Notes: a model not told the origin generated them from the sequence alone. 64,000 bases of DNA from an uncultured virus (IMG/VR IMGVR_UViG_3300025102_000017) (IMGVR_UViG_3300025102_000017), one strand, 5' to 3'; shown: positions 38,509 to 48,395, counted from the first letter of the stretch. Numbers and translations are program-made.

Positions 38509-39032
38509 TGGAGTCTTACTTTAGTGGTATATGGAAGGATGACTATGTTAGTCTTCTAAAGCACTCAGGAGACGCTCTAATAGACTATGTAAACAAGTTA
38601 TCCCCTTCTAGTGTTCTAGACGTGGGATGCGGTTACAACCGCCTTAGAGACGCTATACCTGGATTAGTTGGAATTGATCCATACAATTCTGAGGCACATC
38701 TTCATATGTCTTTAGAGGAATATTATCAGTATGAGTTTCCTCCTGCTGATACTGTATTGTGTCTTGGATCCATAAATTTTGGATCTGAGAAAAATATCGA
38801 TGAGCAGATTTCTATGCTGGATAAGTTGTTTTTGAAGGACTGCATATTCAGAGTCAATCCAGGCATAGAACATAGTTGGAGTAATGAATGGAAGGATATT
38901 GAATGGTATGATTGGAATATTGAGAAGATAAATAAAATTGCAATTGAATACCGATATAAAATCAAGTCACTTGAGGAGGAATATACCTCTCAAGGACATA
39001 AAAGGTATTTTTTTCATTATGCTAAATACTAA
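38508..39032 (+). CDS. Class I SAM-dependent methyltransferase-like protein
   Basis: SVLDVGCG motif I, GIDP and LCLGSINF. Confidence 0.7.
   Translation: MESYFSGIWKDDYVSLLKHSGDALIDYVNKLSPSSVLDVGCGYNRLRDAIPGLVGIDPYNSEAHLHMSLEEYYQYEFPPADTVLCLGSINFGSEKNIDEQISMLDKLFLKDCIFRVNPGIEHSWSNEWKDIEWYDWNIEKINKIAIEYRYKIKSLEEEYTSQGHKRYFFHYAKY
39022..39028 (+). promoter_or_regulatory. Late promoter (CTAAATA)
   Basis: 24 nt upstream of the ATG at 39052. Confidence 0.6.
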
Positions 39033-39051
39033 AGTAGAAAGGAAATCAACA

Positions 39052-39726
39052 ATGCTTTCTGGAACCGATTTCGTAAAGAAAATCAAGGAAGGTAATAGGG
39101 AGCTTTTTGAGGCTTCCCGTAGCAACGTCCGTCGTTTCTTCGCTTCATCCCCTAGCGACGAGTACCTGGTAGATCACTTCCGTGGCCGTATGGTCAACGA
39201 AGCACAGAACATGTACGCCATCGCAGGTCAAGTTGCTTCTGCAGACCCCAGCACCGACGTGCGTGACCTGGAACTGCTGAGCAAGCAAGCACTCGACGAA
39301 GCAAAGCACTTCCGCATGGTCAAGGAAGTCATCGAGCACATCACCGGTGAAGAACTGGATGTTGCTGCTGCTTTCGCTGCTGAAGCTGACGCTCCTCAGG
39401 CAAAGGGTGCTTCCCTGCTTGAGAAGTATGAAGCTTCTGAAGATCCCGCTGCCCTCGCTGCCTATCAGCTCGTTGCTGAAGGTCGTGCAGAAGCAGTCTG
39501 GAACGAAATGGCTGAGTGCGTTGACGACAAGTTCATCTCTTCACGCTATGCCTCCATCGCTAAGGATGAAGGATTCCACAGCAACCTGGGTGGTCGCACC
39601 CTGAGTCGCCTGGTGGAAGGTAGTGCTGATCTGCAGGACCGCGTTCTCTCACTGGTTGAGCGTATGCGTGAAGATCTGCTGGAGATCTCCCGTCAGAACA
39701 CTGCTACTCCCCTTGCCGTTGTTTGA
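39052..39726 (+). CDS. Ferritin-like di-iron four-helix-bundle protein
   Basis: E...DEAKH...E...DEGFH paired ExxH motifs; AAGGAA SD; the likely start is 39052, not the track start at 38938. Confidence 0.75.
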   Translation: MLSGTDFVKKIKEGNRELFEASRSNVRRFFASSPSDEYLVDHFRGRMVNEAQNMYAIAGQVASADPSTDVRDLELLSKQALDEAKHFRMVKEVIEHITGEELDVAAAFAAEADAPQAKGASLLEKYEASEDPAALAAYQLVAEGRAEAVWNEMAECVDDKFISSRYASIAKDEGFHSNLGGRTLSRLVEGSADLQDRVLSLVERMREDLLEISRQNTATPLAVV

Positions 39727-40348
39727 AGGTCTGACGACCTTCTCTAATAGTCTCGTCTAACCAATGTTCTTTGACGGGACTTACATACTTTCCGTTGGCA
39801 TCGCCGGTTATAAACTGGTCGATGCCTTCGGTCGTTATGGGGAAGTCCATCATTCTCGCAACATACTTGATATAATCTTCTTTCCAAAGGAAAAAACATT
39901 CATGAGACAGGAAGTGAGTCTCAATGTTAGGGTCCGATAGGATAGATTTATAATACCCCATGGCAGTAGGTAGAGTTACCTCTCCACCAACTCTCTGCTG
40001 TTGTACTGCATTGATATTTTGATCTCTTGTAATGATTGCAACTACAGGTTCATAACCAAGGTGCATTGCTTGATGGCAAACTGCAGAAATCTTTGGTGTC
40101 TGCCTTACCCCATCGTAGAAAAAAGGGACACTTACGTTTGCTAGAAAGAAGTCTCCTTCTGGAAAATCTAATAACTCAGGATATACCCAATATTTTGCAA
40201 ATGGTTCTTCGTCACTAGGAACCCAATAGTTATTTTTGAGAGATTCCCACCCAACAACCTCAGGATGTTGACTAAAGACTCTAGCGAAAAGATGGTTTCC
40301 TGACCCTTGGGGTCCGGTTGTAATTAGAAGTTTTTTCATCAGCAGCAA
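39704..40348 (-). CDS. P-loop (kinase/sulfotransferase-like) protein, paralog A
   Basis: ITTGPQGSGNHLF, EPFA and RDQNI. Confidence 0.6.
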   Translation of the reverse strand: MLLMKKLLITTGPQGSGNHLFARVFSQHPEVVGWESLKNNYWVPSDEEPFAKYWVYPELLDFPEGDFFLANVSVPFFYDGVRQTPKISAVCHQAMHLGYEPVVAIITRDQNINAVQQQRVGGEVTLPTAMGYYKSILSDPNIETHFLSHECFFLWKEDYIKYVARMMDFPITTEGIDQFITGDANGKYVSPVKEHWLDETIREGRQTFKQRQGE

Positions 40349-41028
40349 CCTTCATCCTTTTCAGGTTTTTCTGGTGCTGGAGAAGGAATAGAAGGTGTGT
40401 TGGGATCCCACAGAGCAGGACATCCTGTCTTATTGCAGTCATCTAGTGGATTTTCATCAACATACTGAACGTATTTGGCGTTAGCGTCACGTTCCAGAAT
40501 AGTTTCAATACGCTTGTCATACCAAGCAATAGGAATACCAATATCCAAGTGCTTTAGATATTCCTGCTTGTACAGATATAGTAGTTCGTAACTCAAATAA
40601 ATTGGGTTGGGAAATTTTGCCAGTTGATCCAGAAAATACCTGGAGGTAGGTTCATTTCGCAACCTCTGTTGCTGGTTGTTTAGAATATTTTGGTCTCTAC
40701 CAATAACTACTACTTGTGTTTTGATCCCCAATTTTTCGGCAGACTTGCAAAACTGCAATACGTTTGGACGCCAGTGGGTCCCATTTGATTTGATGCCGAG
40801 GGGGACACTAATAGAGGTAAAGAAATATTCGCTCTGAGACCAGTTGAAGTTTCGCAATTTACTAGGGTCTCGCCAGTAATCCGCGAAGGGTTCCGAGAAT
40901 CTGTGTGCTTCCCAATAGTTGGAAAGTAGTGACTTCCACCCAAAGACATCATCGTGCAATGAAAAGATTTTTGACCAGAGGTGGTTGCCCGCCCCTTGAG
41001 GTCCAGTAAGTACAACGAGTGTCTTCAT
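40339..41028 (-). CDS. P-loop (kinase/sulfotransferase-like) protein, paralog B
   Basis: LTGPQGAGNHLW, EPFA, RDQNI, LSYE and DANAKYV shared with paralog A. Confidence 0.6.
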   Translation of the reverse strand: MKTLVVLTGPQGAGNHLWSKIFSLHDDVFGWKSLLSNYWEAHRFSEPFADYWRDPSKLRNFNWSQSEYFFTSISVPLGIKSNGTHWRPNVLQFCKSAEKLGIKTQVVVIGRDQNILNNQQQRLRNEPTSRYFLDQLAKFPNPIYLSYELLYLYKQEYLKHLDIGIPIAWYDKRIETILERDANAKYVQYVDENPLDDCNKTGCPALWDPNTPSIPSPAPEKPEKDEGCC

Positions 41029-41059
41029 AATAATCGAAACCTACTACTAATTATATCAC

Positions 41060-41066
41060 CTAAATA
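41060..41066 (+). promoter_or_regulatory. Late promoter (CTAAATA)
   Basis: In the divergent intergenic region upstream of 41127. Confidence 0.6.
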
Positions 41067-41126
41067 TGGTTAGTCGGGGAGTATATACTCCCCTTTCCAC
41101 GTGATCGCTATATAGCGACTTGGTGA

Positions 41127-42293
41127 ATGACATCTCCAAACATTAGGATCAAGCGATCTGCTATCGCTGGTAAGGTCCCACACTATCCTAGTACCCTAGA
41201 ATTAGGGGAATTTGCAATCAATACAGCGGACGGCAAGGTCTTTATTGCCGCTGGTGTTGGTGCAGGTGTTACAGTACGTGAAGTTGGTATAAGCACCAAT
41301 AGGATTCTCAGTGGCATCGCTACAATTGCCACACTTGGAGCAACTAATCTAACAGTAAACAATACTATCGCTGGCATTTCCAGTGGTGCGCTGAAGGTAG
41401 ATACTGCAGTTGACAGTGGGAACCAATGGCATCACGTTGGATTTCTTGATAGTAGGACTGGATTCCAAAAGATAAAGACCAACGGTCTTACCTATAATCC
41501 TAGCGTAGGCAAACTTTACGCTGGTATTGGTAGTTTTGGTAAGATCACTGGTGAGGCAACAGTTTCTCAATTACGAGTTACTGGAATCACCACTGTAACT
41601 ACAATAAATGCTGATGCATTTGTTGGTGATGGATCTGGTCTTACTAACGTCCCAGTTGGTGCTGCTACATCTATTGCATGTGGAGTTACAACTGCCACTC
41701 AGGGTCAGACATCATTTAGTAGTCCCCATGTCCATACTGACGGAAGCATACAATACACCGTAGAAACATATATCAACGGTGTTCGTCAGCGTAATAATAT
41801 TGACTTCAATACTTCATCTACAAGCACGGTAACCCTAACCAGTGGTGCCACAGTAGGTGATGAGGTATCCATTCAAGTTCATTATGGTCATACACTTGAT
41901 CAAGAATCATTCACCGGAACACAAGGGCAGACAGATTTTACAATTTCAGGTGATTTTGCTGCATCGAAAAACTTCAAAGTATTTTTGAATGGTGTAAAGT
42001 TACGCAAAACTGCAGACTATACTACCAGTGCATCTATTGTCCTTACGACAGGATGTAAAGTAGGAGACGAAGTTGATATCTGTGGTGATACTTCAGAAGA
42101 CCAGTTCACTGCTACTGAGGGACAAACTACTTTCATCCCAACCGACTCAAATATCAGCAGCAAAAACTCTCAAGTATTCTTGAATGGCGTCTTGCTGCGA
42201 CCGTCAGATTGGGTATTTGGAGATACTACTGTAAGTCTAACTAATGGCGCAACTGTAGGTGACGAGATAGATGTCGTTGTGAGACGCAACTAA
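41127..42293 (+). CDS. Fibre-like virion protein with three C-terminal beta modules
   Basis: IRIKRS..GKVP...LGEFAINTADGKVF N-terminus; three T.GQT.F...NGV...GDE repeats. Confidence 0.75.
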   Translation: MTSPNIRIKRSAIAGKVPHYPSTLELGEFAINTADGKVFIAAGVGAGVTVREVGISTNRILSGIATIATLGATNLTVNNTIAGISSGALKVDTAVDSGNQWHHVGFLDSRTGFQKIKTNGLTYNPSVGKLYAGIGSFGKITGEATVSQLRVTGITTVTTINADAFVGDGSGLTNVPVGAATSIACGVTTATQGQTSFSSPHVHTDGSIQYTVETYINGVRQRNNIDFNTSSTSTVTLTSGATVGDEVSIQVHYGHTLDQESFTGTQGQTDFTISGDFAASKNFKVFLNGVKLRKTADYTTSASIVLTTGCKVGDEVDICGDTSEDQFTATEGQTTFIPTDSNISSKNSQVFLNGVLLRPSDWVFGDTTVSLTNGATVGDEIDVVVRRN

Positions 42294-42296
42294 ATA
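42290..42296 (+). promoter_or_regulatory. Late promoter (CTAAATA)
   Basis: Upstream of gp13. Confidence 0.6.
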
Positions 42297-42315
42297 GAAA
42301 AAAAGTCTTGAATAA

Positions 42316-43161
42316 ATGGCGAACCCATCTACAAGACAGGAGTTAGTAAGTTACGCTAGGCGTCAACTAGGTGCTCCAGTCCTTGAAATCAACGTTGCTG
42401 ATGAGCAAATTGAAGATCTGATGGATGATGCCATTCAGGTTTATCAAAACCGCCACATGGATGGCGTTGAATTGATGTATCTGAAGCACAAGATTACGCA
42501 GGACTTTCTCGATGCGACACGTGCTCGTGCAGGGGATAAAGCGACTGGTATCACTACCAGTACCGCTACAGCAAATATTACTGGAATTGGCACTACCACC
42601 TTTAGTTATGAGGAGAACCAGAATTTCATCCAGATTCCGGACGCTGTTATTGGGATCGAAAGAGTTTTCAAACTGGACAATCGTCTAATCTCGACGAACA
42701 TGTTCAATATCAATTATCAGTTGATGTTGAACGACGTGTACTTCTTCAGTTCAATGGAACTGATGGGATATACGATGACTAAAAGATATTTGGAAGACCT
42801 AGATCATATTCTGCATCCAGAAAAAGCAATCCGTTTCAATCGTCGGCAGAACAGACTTTACCTAGACGTTGATGGTAATAGTATGCAGGAGGATGATTAT
42901 ATTATTATCCGCTGCTACAGGGTCCTGAACCCTGACGATTACCCCAAAGTATACAATGATATCTTCTTGAAGAGATACTTCACTGCTCTACTGAAGAAGC
43001 AGTGGGGTGCCAATATGATGAAGTTCCAGGGTGTGAAACTACCAGGTGGTGTTGAACTGAATGGTAGACAGATCTATGAAGATGCTCTGGGAGAAATCCA
43101 GGGACTGGAAGATAAGATGACACTTGAGTATGAACTTCCACCTCTTGATCTGATTGGATAA
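42316..43161 (+). CDS. gp13: Neck protein gp13
   Basis: LGAPVLEINV, KKQWGANM.KF and LPGGVELNG. Confidence 0.92.
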   Translation: MANPSTRQELVSYARRQLGAPVLEINVADEQIEDLMDDAIQVYQNRHMDGVELMYLKHKITQDFLDATRARAGDKATGITTSTATANITGIGTTTFSYEENQNFIQIPDAVIGIERVFKLDNRLISTNMFNINYQLMLNDVYFFSSMELMGYTMTKRYLEDLDHILHPEKAIRFNRRQNRLYLDVDGNSMQEDDYIIIRCYRVLNPDDYPKVYNDIFLKRYFTALLKKQWGANMMKFQGVKLPGGVELNGRQIYEDALGEIQGLEDKMTLEYELPPLDLIG

Positions 43162-44552
43162 TGGCACTAAATCCCTTCTTTTTACAAGGTACATCTAACG
43201 AGCAAGACCTCGTACAGGATCTGATCAACGAACAGATCCAAATGTATGGGGTGGAATTCGTTTATCTTCCTCGTGTTTTCGTAAATGTGAAGACAATTAT
43301 GAGGGAGGTGACCAGTTCTAAGTTCGATAAGTCATTTCCTATTGAGGGTTATATTGAGTCTTATGAAGGGTTTGATGCCGGATATAATCTTCTGACGAAG
43401 TTTGGTGTTAGAACCACTGCTGAGATGAAGATTGTCATCTCTCAGGAAAGGTATCTAAATTATGTTACTCCATTGATGCAAGGTCGTCGTGGACTTAGTA
43501 ACGCTCCAACTCGACCATATGAGGGAGATCTTTTATACTTCCCATACAGAGACTTACTGTTAGAAATCAAATATGTAGATGATGTTAGCAACTTCTATCA
43601 GTTACGAAAGAACTATACTTATACTCTGACATGCGAACCGTTCGAGTATGAGGATGAAGTCATCAATACAGGAGTCGCTGCGATCGATGATGACTTTGCA
43701 ACTGCTGGTTACAATGCAACCTTCGTTCTCCTAGATGTTGGTACAACTGCATCAGCAACTGTAGGACTCAGTAGTGGTGTTCGTTATATCGAACTCCTAA
43801 ATGGTGGTAGTGGTTGGACTGCTGCACCAGAGATCAAGATCGATGCACCTACAAGTGGAACAACAGCAACTGCTGTTGCTATCACTAGTGCCTCAGGTAA
43901 CAGTCAGTTTAGAACAAACCGCATTAGTGAAATCTATATCACTAATCCTGGGTCTGGTTATACATCGACACCAAACCTCCAATTCATCTCTGAGGATGGT
44001 AAGGGATCGGGTGCATCTGTAAGAGTTGCTATTTCTACAAGCGGTGGCATCGGTGGAATCACCATTGATAACACCGGTGAAGATTATATCCAAGCAGACC
44101 CACCAGCAATTACATTCAATGATCCTCCAACTGGAGGACATATTGCTAAGGCAGATGCAGTCATCGATACGTTTGGTCGTTTGATCGACATTCGTATTAC
44201 TGATTCTGGTTCTGGATATAACTCTGCACCCACAATCACAGTTGGTGCAGCAGGCACCGTTGGTGTTGGCACCTTCAGTTATGGAGAAGTTATCAAGGGT
44301 CAATCCAGTCTCAGCACTGCCTTTGTCACTTCTTGGAATGCTCCAACTCTTACCCTCAAAGCACGCAATCTCACTGGCGACTTCCAGGTTGGTGAATTGA
44401 TTGTTGATAATGAGGGCAGTGCATATCGTCTAAATACCATCGATTATAATGACGATGACTTTGCTCCTAGTTACAACTCTGGTGATACCATCCAGACGGA
44501 AGCAGACAGCATCTTAGATTTTACAGAGAAAAACCCATTCGGTGAAGTATAA
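43161..44552 (+). CDS. gp14: Neck protein gp14 with C-terminal insertion
   Basis: EQDLVQDLINEQIQMYG, RPYEGDLLYFP and DFTEKNPFGE. Confidence 0.9.
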   Translation: MALNPFFLQGTSNEQDLVQDLINEQIQMYGVEFVYLPRVFVNVKTIMREVTSSKFDKSFPIEGYIESYEGFDAGYNLLTKFGVRTTAEMKIVISQERYLNYVTPLMQGRRGLSNAPTRPYEGDLLYFPYRDLLLEIKYVDDVSNFYQLRKNYTYTLTCEPFEYEDEVINTGVAAIDDDFATAGYNATFVLLDVGTTASATVGLSSGVRYIELLNGGSGWTAAPEIKIDAPTSGTTATAVAITSASGNSQFRTNRISEIYITNPGSGYTSTPNLQFISEDGKGSGASVRVAISTSGGIGGITIDNTGEDYIQADPPAITFNDPPTGGHIAKADAVIDTFGRLIDIRITDSGSGYNSAPTITVGAAGTVGVGTFSYGEVIKGQSSLSTAFVTSWNAPTLTLKARNLTGDFQVGELIVDNEGSAYRLNTIDYNDDDFAPSYNSGDTIQTEADSILDFTEKNPFGEV

Positions 44553-45598
44553 TGGTTGGCAATTACTTTTACAATGAAACTATTCGGAAGACAGTAATTG
44601 CTTTCGGTACTCTTTTCAATAACATCAGTATTCAAAAGCATAATTCTGGTGGTACATCAATCAGTAAGATAAAGGTTCCTATTGCTTACGGACCTATTCA
44701 AAGGTTTATTGCACGCATCGAGCAGCAACCAAACTTTGATGACAACGTTGCAATAAGTCTTCCTCGATTGTCATTTGAACTGACATCTTATACTTATGAT
44801 GCCGCACGTAAGGCATCTCCTGTTCAAAAATTTACGATGATTTCTCCGAAGGAGAAGTCAAAAATCAAACGGATGTTTATGCCGGTCCCATATGATCTGG
44901 GATTCCGTTTGAGTTTTGCAGCAAAGTTACAAGACGACGCTCTTCAAATTATCGAGCAGATTCTACCATTCTTTCAACCCTCATATAGCGTGACTATCAA
45001 CATGCTAGAAGGAGTTGAAGAGAAGCGTGATGTGCCTTTTACTCTTACAAACGTTGGGTTTGTTGATGAGTATGAAGGTGATTTCTCAACACGTAGGTTC
45101 ATTCAATACGACCTCGATTTTGTAGCGAAAACATATTTTTACCAAGAAGTTCCAACAGACGAAAATGGAGTTATCAAAAAAGTTCAGGTGGATTATTCTA
45201 CCGCTATCAGGGCACCAAGAGAACAAAGGTATACGGTTGTTCCACAAGCTGCCCAAGATTATAACGCGGACGAAACGGGAACAATTACTGCCGCCCTCGA
45301 TAGAATAAAAACTCTTGTCAAAGTAACAAACGGATCTAATTATACTGTTGGTGGATTCATTGAAATCAACAAAGAAGTTATGCGAATTATGGAGATCGAC
45401 AGTAACGATCTTATCGTAAAACGTGGTCAGTTCAACAGTAGTATTGTATCCCATGAGTCAGGTGACAAGATCAATCTTGTAAATAGTGCTGATAGCGACC
45501 TAATTGAATTTGGGGACACATTCGGTTTCAGCGAGTCTAGATCATTCTTCGATTCAGATGGAAAATCGTTTAGTCCTACTACCGGTACTGATGAATGA
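44552..45598 (+). CDS. gp15: Tail sheath stabilizer/terminator gp15
   Basis: YFYNETIRK, KVPIAYGP and LQIIEQILPFFQP. Confidence 0.92.
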   Translation: MVGNYFYNETIRKTVIAFGTLFNNISIQKHNSGGTSISKIKVPIAYGPIQRFIARIEQQPNFDDNVAISLPRLSFELTSYTYDAARKASPVQKFTMISPKEKSKIKRMFMPVPYDLGFRLSFAAKLQDDALQIIEQILPFFQPSYSVTINMLEGVEEKRDVPFTLTNVGFVDEYEGDFSTRRFIQYDLDFVAKTYFYQEVPTDENGVIKKVQVDYSTAIRAPREQRYTVVPQAAQDYNADETGTITAALDRIKTLVKVTNGSNYTVGGFIEINKEVMRIMEIDSNDLIVKRGQFNSSIVSHESGDKINLVNSADSDLIEFGDTFGFSESRSFFDSDGKSFSPTTGTDE

Positions 45599-45999
45599 GT
45601 CAAGATTTTGAGGCTATTGACAAGGCATTAGAAACTAAGTCTGAGATTGTCAAAGAGACCAAGGCAATCAAGAAAATCAAACCTGACGCACCTGAGCAGG
45701 ACTATGAATACTCTCGTGCTCAACTTTACAACTTAGTAGAGAAGGGGCAAGAGGCAGTGAATGGTATCCTTGACGTATGCATGGATACTCAGCACCCTAG
45801 AGCGTATGAAGTTGCTGGTCAATTGATCAAACACGTCGGTGATGTCACTGATAAGATCGTTGACTTACAGAAAAAAATGAAGGATCTGAATGCAGAGGAA
45901 GGTCCCAAAAACGTCACTAACAATGCCTTGTTTGTGGGTAGCACAAGCGAATTGCAGAAGATGATCAAGAAAGGTCTTCTAAATAATAGTGATAAGTAA
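45595..45999 (+). CDS. gp16: Terminase small subunit gp16
   Basis: DYEYSRAQLY, HPRAYEVAGQLIK and NNALFVGSTSELQK. Confidence 0.92.
   Translation: MSQDFEAIDKALETKSEIVKETKAIKKIKPDAPEQDYEYSRAQLYNLVEKGQEAVNGILDVCMDTQHPRAYEVAGQLIKHVGDVTDKIVDLQKKMKDLNAEEGPKNVTNNALFVGSTSELQKMIKKGLLNNSDK
45979..45985 (+). promoter_or_regulatory. Late promoter (CTAAATA)
   Basis: At the end of gp16, upstream of 46009. Confidence 0.55.
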
Positions 46000-46008
46000 T
46001 TTCTACAG

Positions 46009-46689
46009 ATGAAGTATACATACAAATTACCTATCTTTAGTGACTTGCTGGAATATAGTGAGCGTCAACTTGCTGATGCCACTCCTGCTCAAAAAAAGGC
46101 TGCAATGAAAAGGCTGAAGGCAAGAGAGGGAGAAGGTGGTAAGGGAACTGAGGGTAGTGCCGAGGCTCCTATCAAACAGCAACCACACCAGGGAAGTAAA
46201 GAGAAGAGGAGAAGGCAGAAGCAAGGTAACGCTAAAGGATTCCAAGGTGACAAGTCAATTGTCAAAGGTAGTCGGTCAAATATTGAGAAGAGAACAAAGT
46301 CTACCGCTATAACTAAAACAAGAAAAGCACCTACATCTACTGATATTGTCAGGGTACAAAAAAGTCCTGACAACGCTAAAGGTAAATCAGATAGGGTTGC
46401 TCAAGGTGGTGCAATTGTCAAGTATAAAGGTAAGGGAGAAGAGGAAAATAAAAAGACTGGCGGCGTAAAGAACTACGGTGCTAAAAAGAAACTAGTCAAG
46501 ACGAAGCGTGTTGCTGGTAAAGTTGGCAAAGGACTTCAGGTTGCAGGTAAGGTTGCCAAAGAAGTTGGAAAGGTAGCAAAGGCAGCAATCAGTGGTACTA
46601 ACGATGCTTTTGGTAAATCCAAGTGGGAGCACACTGAATTGAAGACTTACCAAGAATTTATGATTGAGTGTCGCCATGCCCGGAAGTGA
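46009..46689 (+). CDS. Lys-rich hypothetical protein, candidate internal head protein
   Basis: Very basic and low complexity; C-terminal LKTYQEFMIE. Confidence 0.6.
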   Translation: MKYTYKLPIFSDLLEYSERQLADATPAQKKAAMKRLKAREGEGGKGTEGSAEAPIKQQPHQGSKEKRRRQKQGNAKGFQGDKSIVKGSRSNIEKRTKSTAITKTRKAPTSTDIVRVQKSPDNAKGKSDRVAQGGAIVKYKGKGEEENKKTGGVKNYGAKKKLVKTKRVAGKVGKGLQVAGKVAKEVGKVAKAAISGTNDAFGKSKWEHTELKTYQEFMIECRHARK

Positions 46690-48331
46690 CGTTTATCTCG
46701 GTAATCCTAATCTAAAGAAGGCTAATACCCAGCAGGAATTTACCGAAGAAAACATCATCGAATTTGTTCGATGTAAGAATGACCCTGTTTATTTTACTGA
46801 AAAACATATCAAAATTGTGAACGTTGACGAAGGTCTCGTCGGCTTTGACATGTATAAGTTTCAGAAGAAACTTATTAGAAATTTTCATAAAAACAGATTC
46901 AACATCTGTAAGATGCCACGCCAGACTGGTAAGTCTACTACCGTGGTATCGTACTTACTCCATTACGCTATCTTCAATGATAACGTCAACATCGGAATCC
47001 TCGCAAACAAGGCAGCGACTGCTAGAGATTTGCTCGGAAGATTACAACTGGCGTACGAAAACTTGCCGCGCTGGATGCAGCAAGGCATCGTAGCCTGGAA
47101 CAAAGGATCCATGGAACTGGAGAATGGTTCCAAGATCATTGCGGCATCCACCTCAGCATCTGCTGTCCGGGGTATGTCTTTCAACATCATCTTCCTGGAC
47201 GAATTTGCGTTCGTTGCAAACCACCTGGCAGATGACTTCTTTGCATCTGTGTATCCTACGATTTCATCTGGTAAATCCACCAAGGTGATTATCGTATCTA
47301 CGCCTCATGGTATGAACCACTTCTATAGGATGTGGCATGACGCTGAGCGTGGAAAGAATGAGTATGTTGCTACTGAGGTGCACTGGTCAGAGGTACCAGG
47401 TAGAGATGCCAAGTGGAAGAAACAAACTATTGCCAACACATCAGAACAACAGTTCCAGATCGAGTTCGAGTGCGAATTCCTAGGATCTGTTGACACCCTG
47501 ATTGCTGCATCAAAACTCAAAGCACTGGTCTATGAAGACCCAGTAAAAAGGAACGGTAAGTTATCGCTCTTTGAAACCCCAAGAGAAGGTAATGAGTATG
47601 TTATAACTGTGGACGTTGCACGTGGAGTTGGAAAAGACTACAGCACTTTCTGTGTATTTGATATAACAAATTACCCTTACAAGATTGTTGCTACCTTCAG
47701 GGATAATGAGATCAAACCAATGCTCTTCCCCTCAATCATTGAGGAGGTAGGTAGAGCATATAACAATGCCCACGTTCTATGTGAGGTAAATGATATTGGT
47801 GATCAAGTAGCATCAATTTTATTTTATGACTTGGAATATGAGAATGTTTTGATGGTTGCTATGCGTGGACGCAACGGTCAAATTGTTGGATCTGGATTCT
47901 CTGGTGTCAAGACACAGTTGGGTGTCAAGATGAGTCAGGTTACTAAGAAGGTGGGATGCTCCAACCTCAAGACTCTTATTGAGGATGACAAACTAATTTT
48001 CTGTGACTATCAAATCATCTCAGAACTAACAACCTTCATCCAAAAGAAACAGTCCTTTGAGGCAGAAGAAGGGTGTAATGATGACCTTGCTATGTGTCTG
48101 GTTATCTTTGCTTGGTTGGTTGCCCAAGATTATTTCAAGGAGATGACGGATCAAGATGTCAGAAAGAAAATATATGAAGAGCAAAAAAATGCCATTGAAC
48201 AAGACATGGCACCGTTTGGATTTATCAGTGATGGATTGGATGATGACCTAGAACAGGTGGATTCCAATGGAGATAATTGGAAGGTGGATGAGTACGGTGA
48301 TCGTGCCTACATGTGGGAGTACCACGTCTAA
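46676..48331 (+). CDS. gp17: Terminase large subunit gp17
   Basis: YLGNPNLK, PRQTGKS Walker A, IFLDEFAF Walker B and DDLAM nuclease motif; ATG at 46676. Confidence 0.95.
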   Translation: MPGSDVYLGNPNLKKANTQQEFTEENIIEFVRCKNDPVYFTEKHIKIVNVDEGLVGFDMYKFQKKLIRNFHKNRFNICKMPRQTGKSTTVVSYLLHYAIFNDNVNIGILANKAATARDLLGRLQLAYENLPRWMQQGIVAWNKGSMELENGSKIIAASTSASAVRGMSFNIIFLDEFAFVANHLADDFFASVYPTISSGKSTKVIIVSTPHGMNHFYRMWHDAERGKNEYVATEVHWSEVPGRDAKWKKQTIANTSEQQFQIEFECEFLGSVDTLIAASKLKALVYEDPVKRNGKLSLFETPREGNEYVITVDVARGVGKDYSTFCVFDITNYPYKIVATFRDNEIKPMLFPSIIEEVGRAYNNAHVLCEVNDIGDQVASILFYDLEYENVLMVAMRGRNGQIVGSGFSGVKTQLGVKMSQVTKKVGCSNLKTLIEDDKLIFCDYQIISELTTFIQKKQSFEAEEGCNDDLAMCLVIFAWLVAQDYFKEMTDQDVRKKIYEEQKNAIEQDMAPFGFISDGLDDDLEQVDSNGDNWKVDEYGDRAYMWEYHV

Positions 48332-48338
48332 AGCGTCG

Positions 48339-48361
48339 CTAAATAAGCAATTTCATAAATA
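48339..48361 (+). promoter_or_regulatory. Tandem late promoters (CTAAATA and ATAAATA)
   Basis: Two motifs in the gp17-gp18 gap. Confidence 0.65.
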
Positions 48362-48395
48362 TCTCTAGTCATTGTAGGGACACTAGGGAGTTAGA

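Noticed and set aside
39052..39726. Ribonucleotide reductase beta subunit
   Set aside because: Too short (224 aa), lacks recognisable NrdB motifs, and there is no nrdA nearby.
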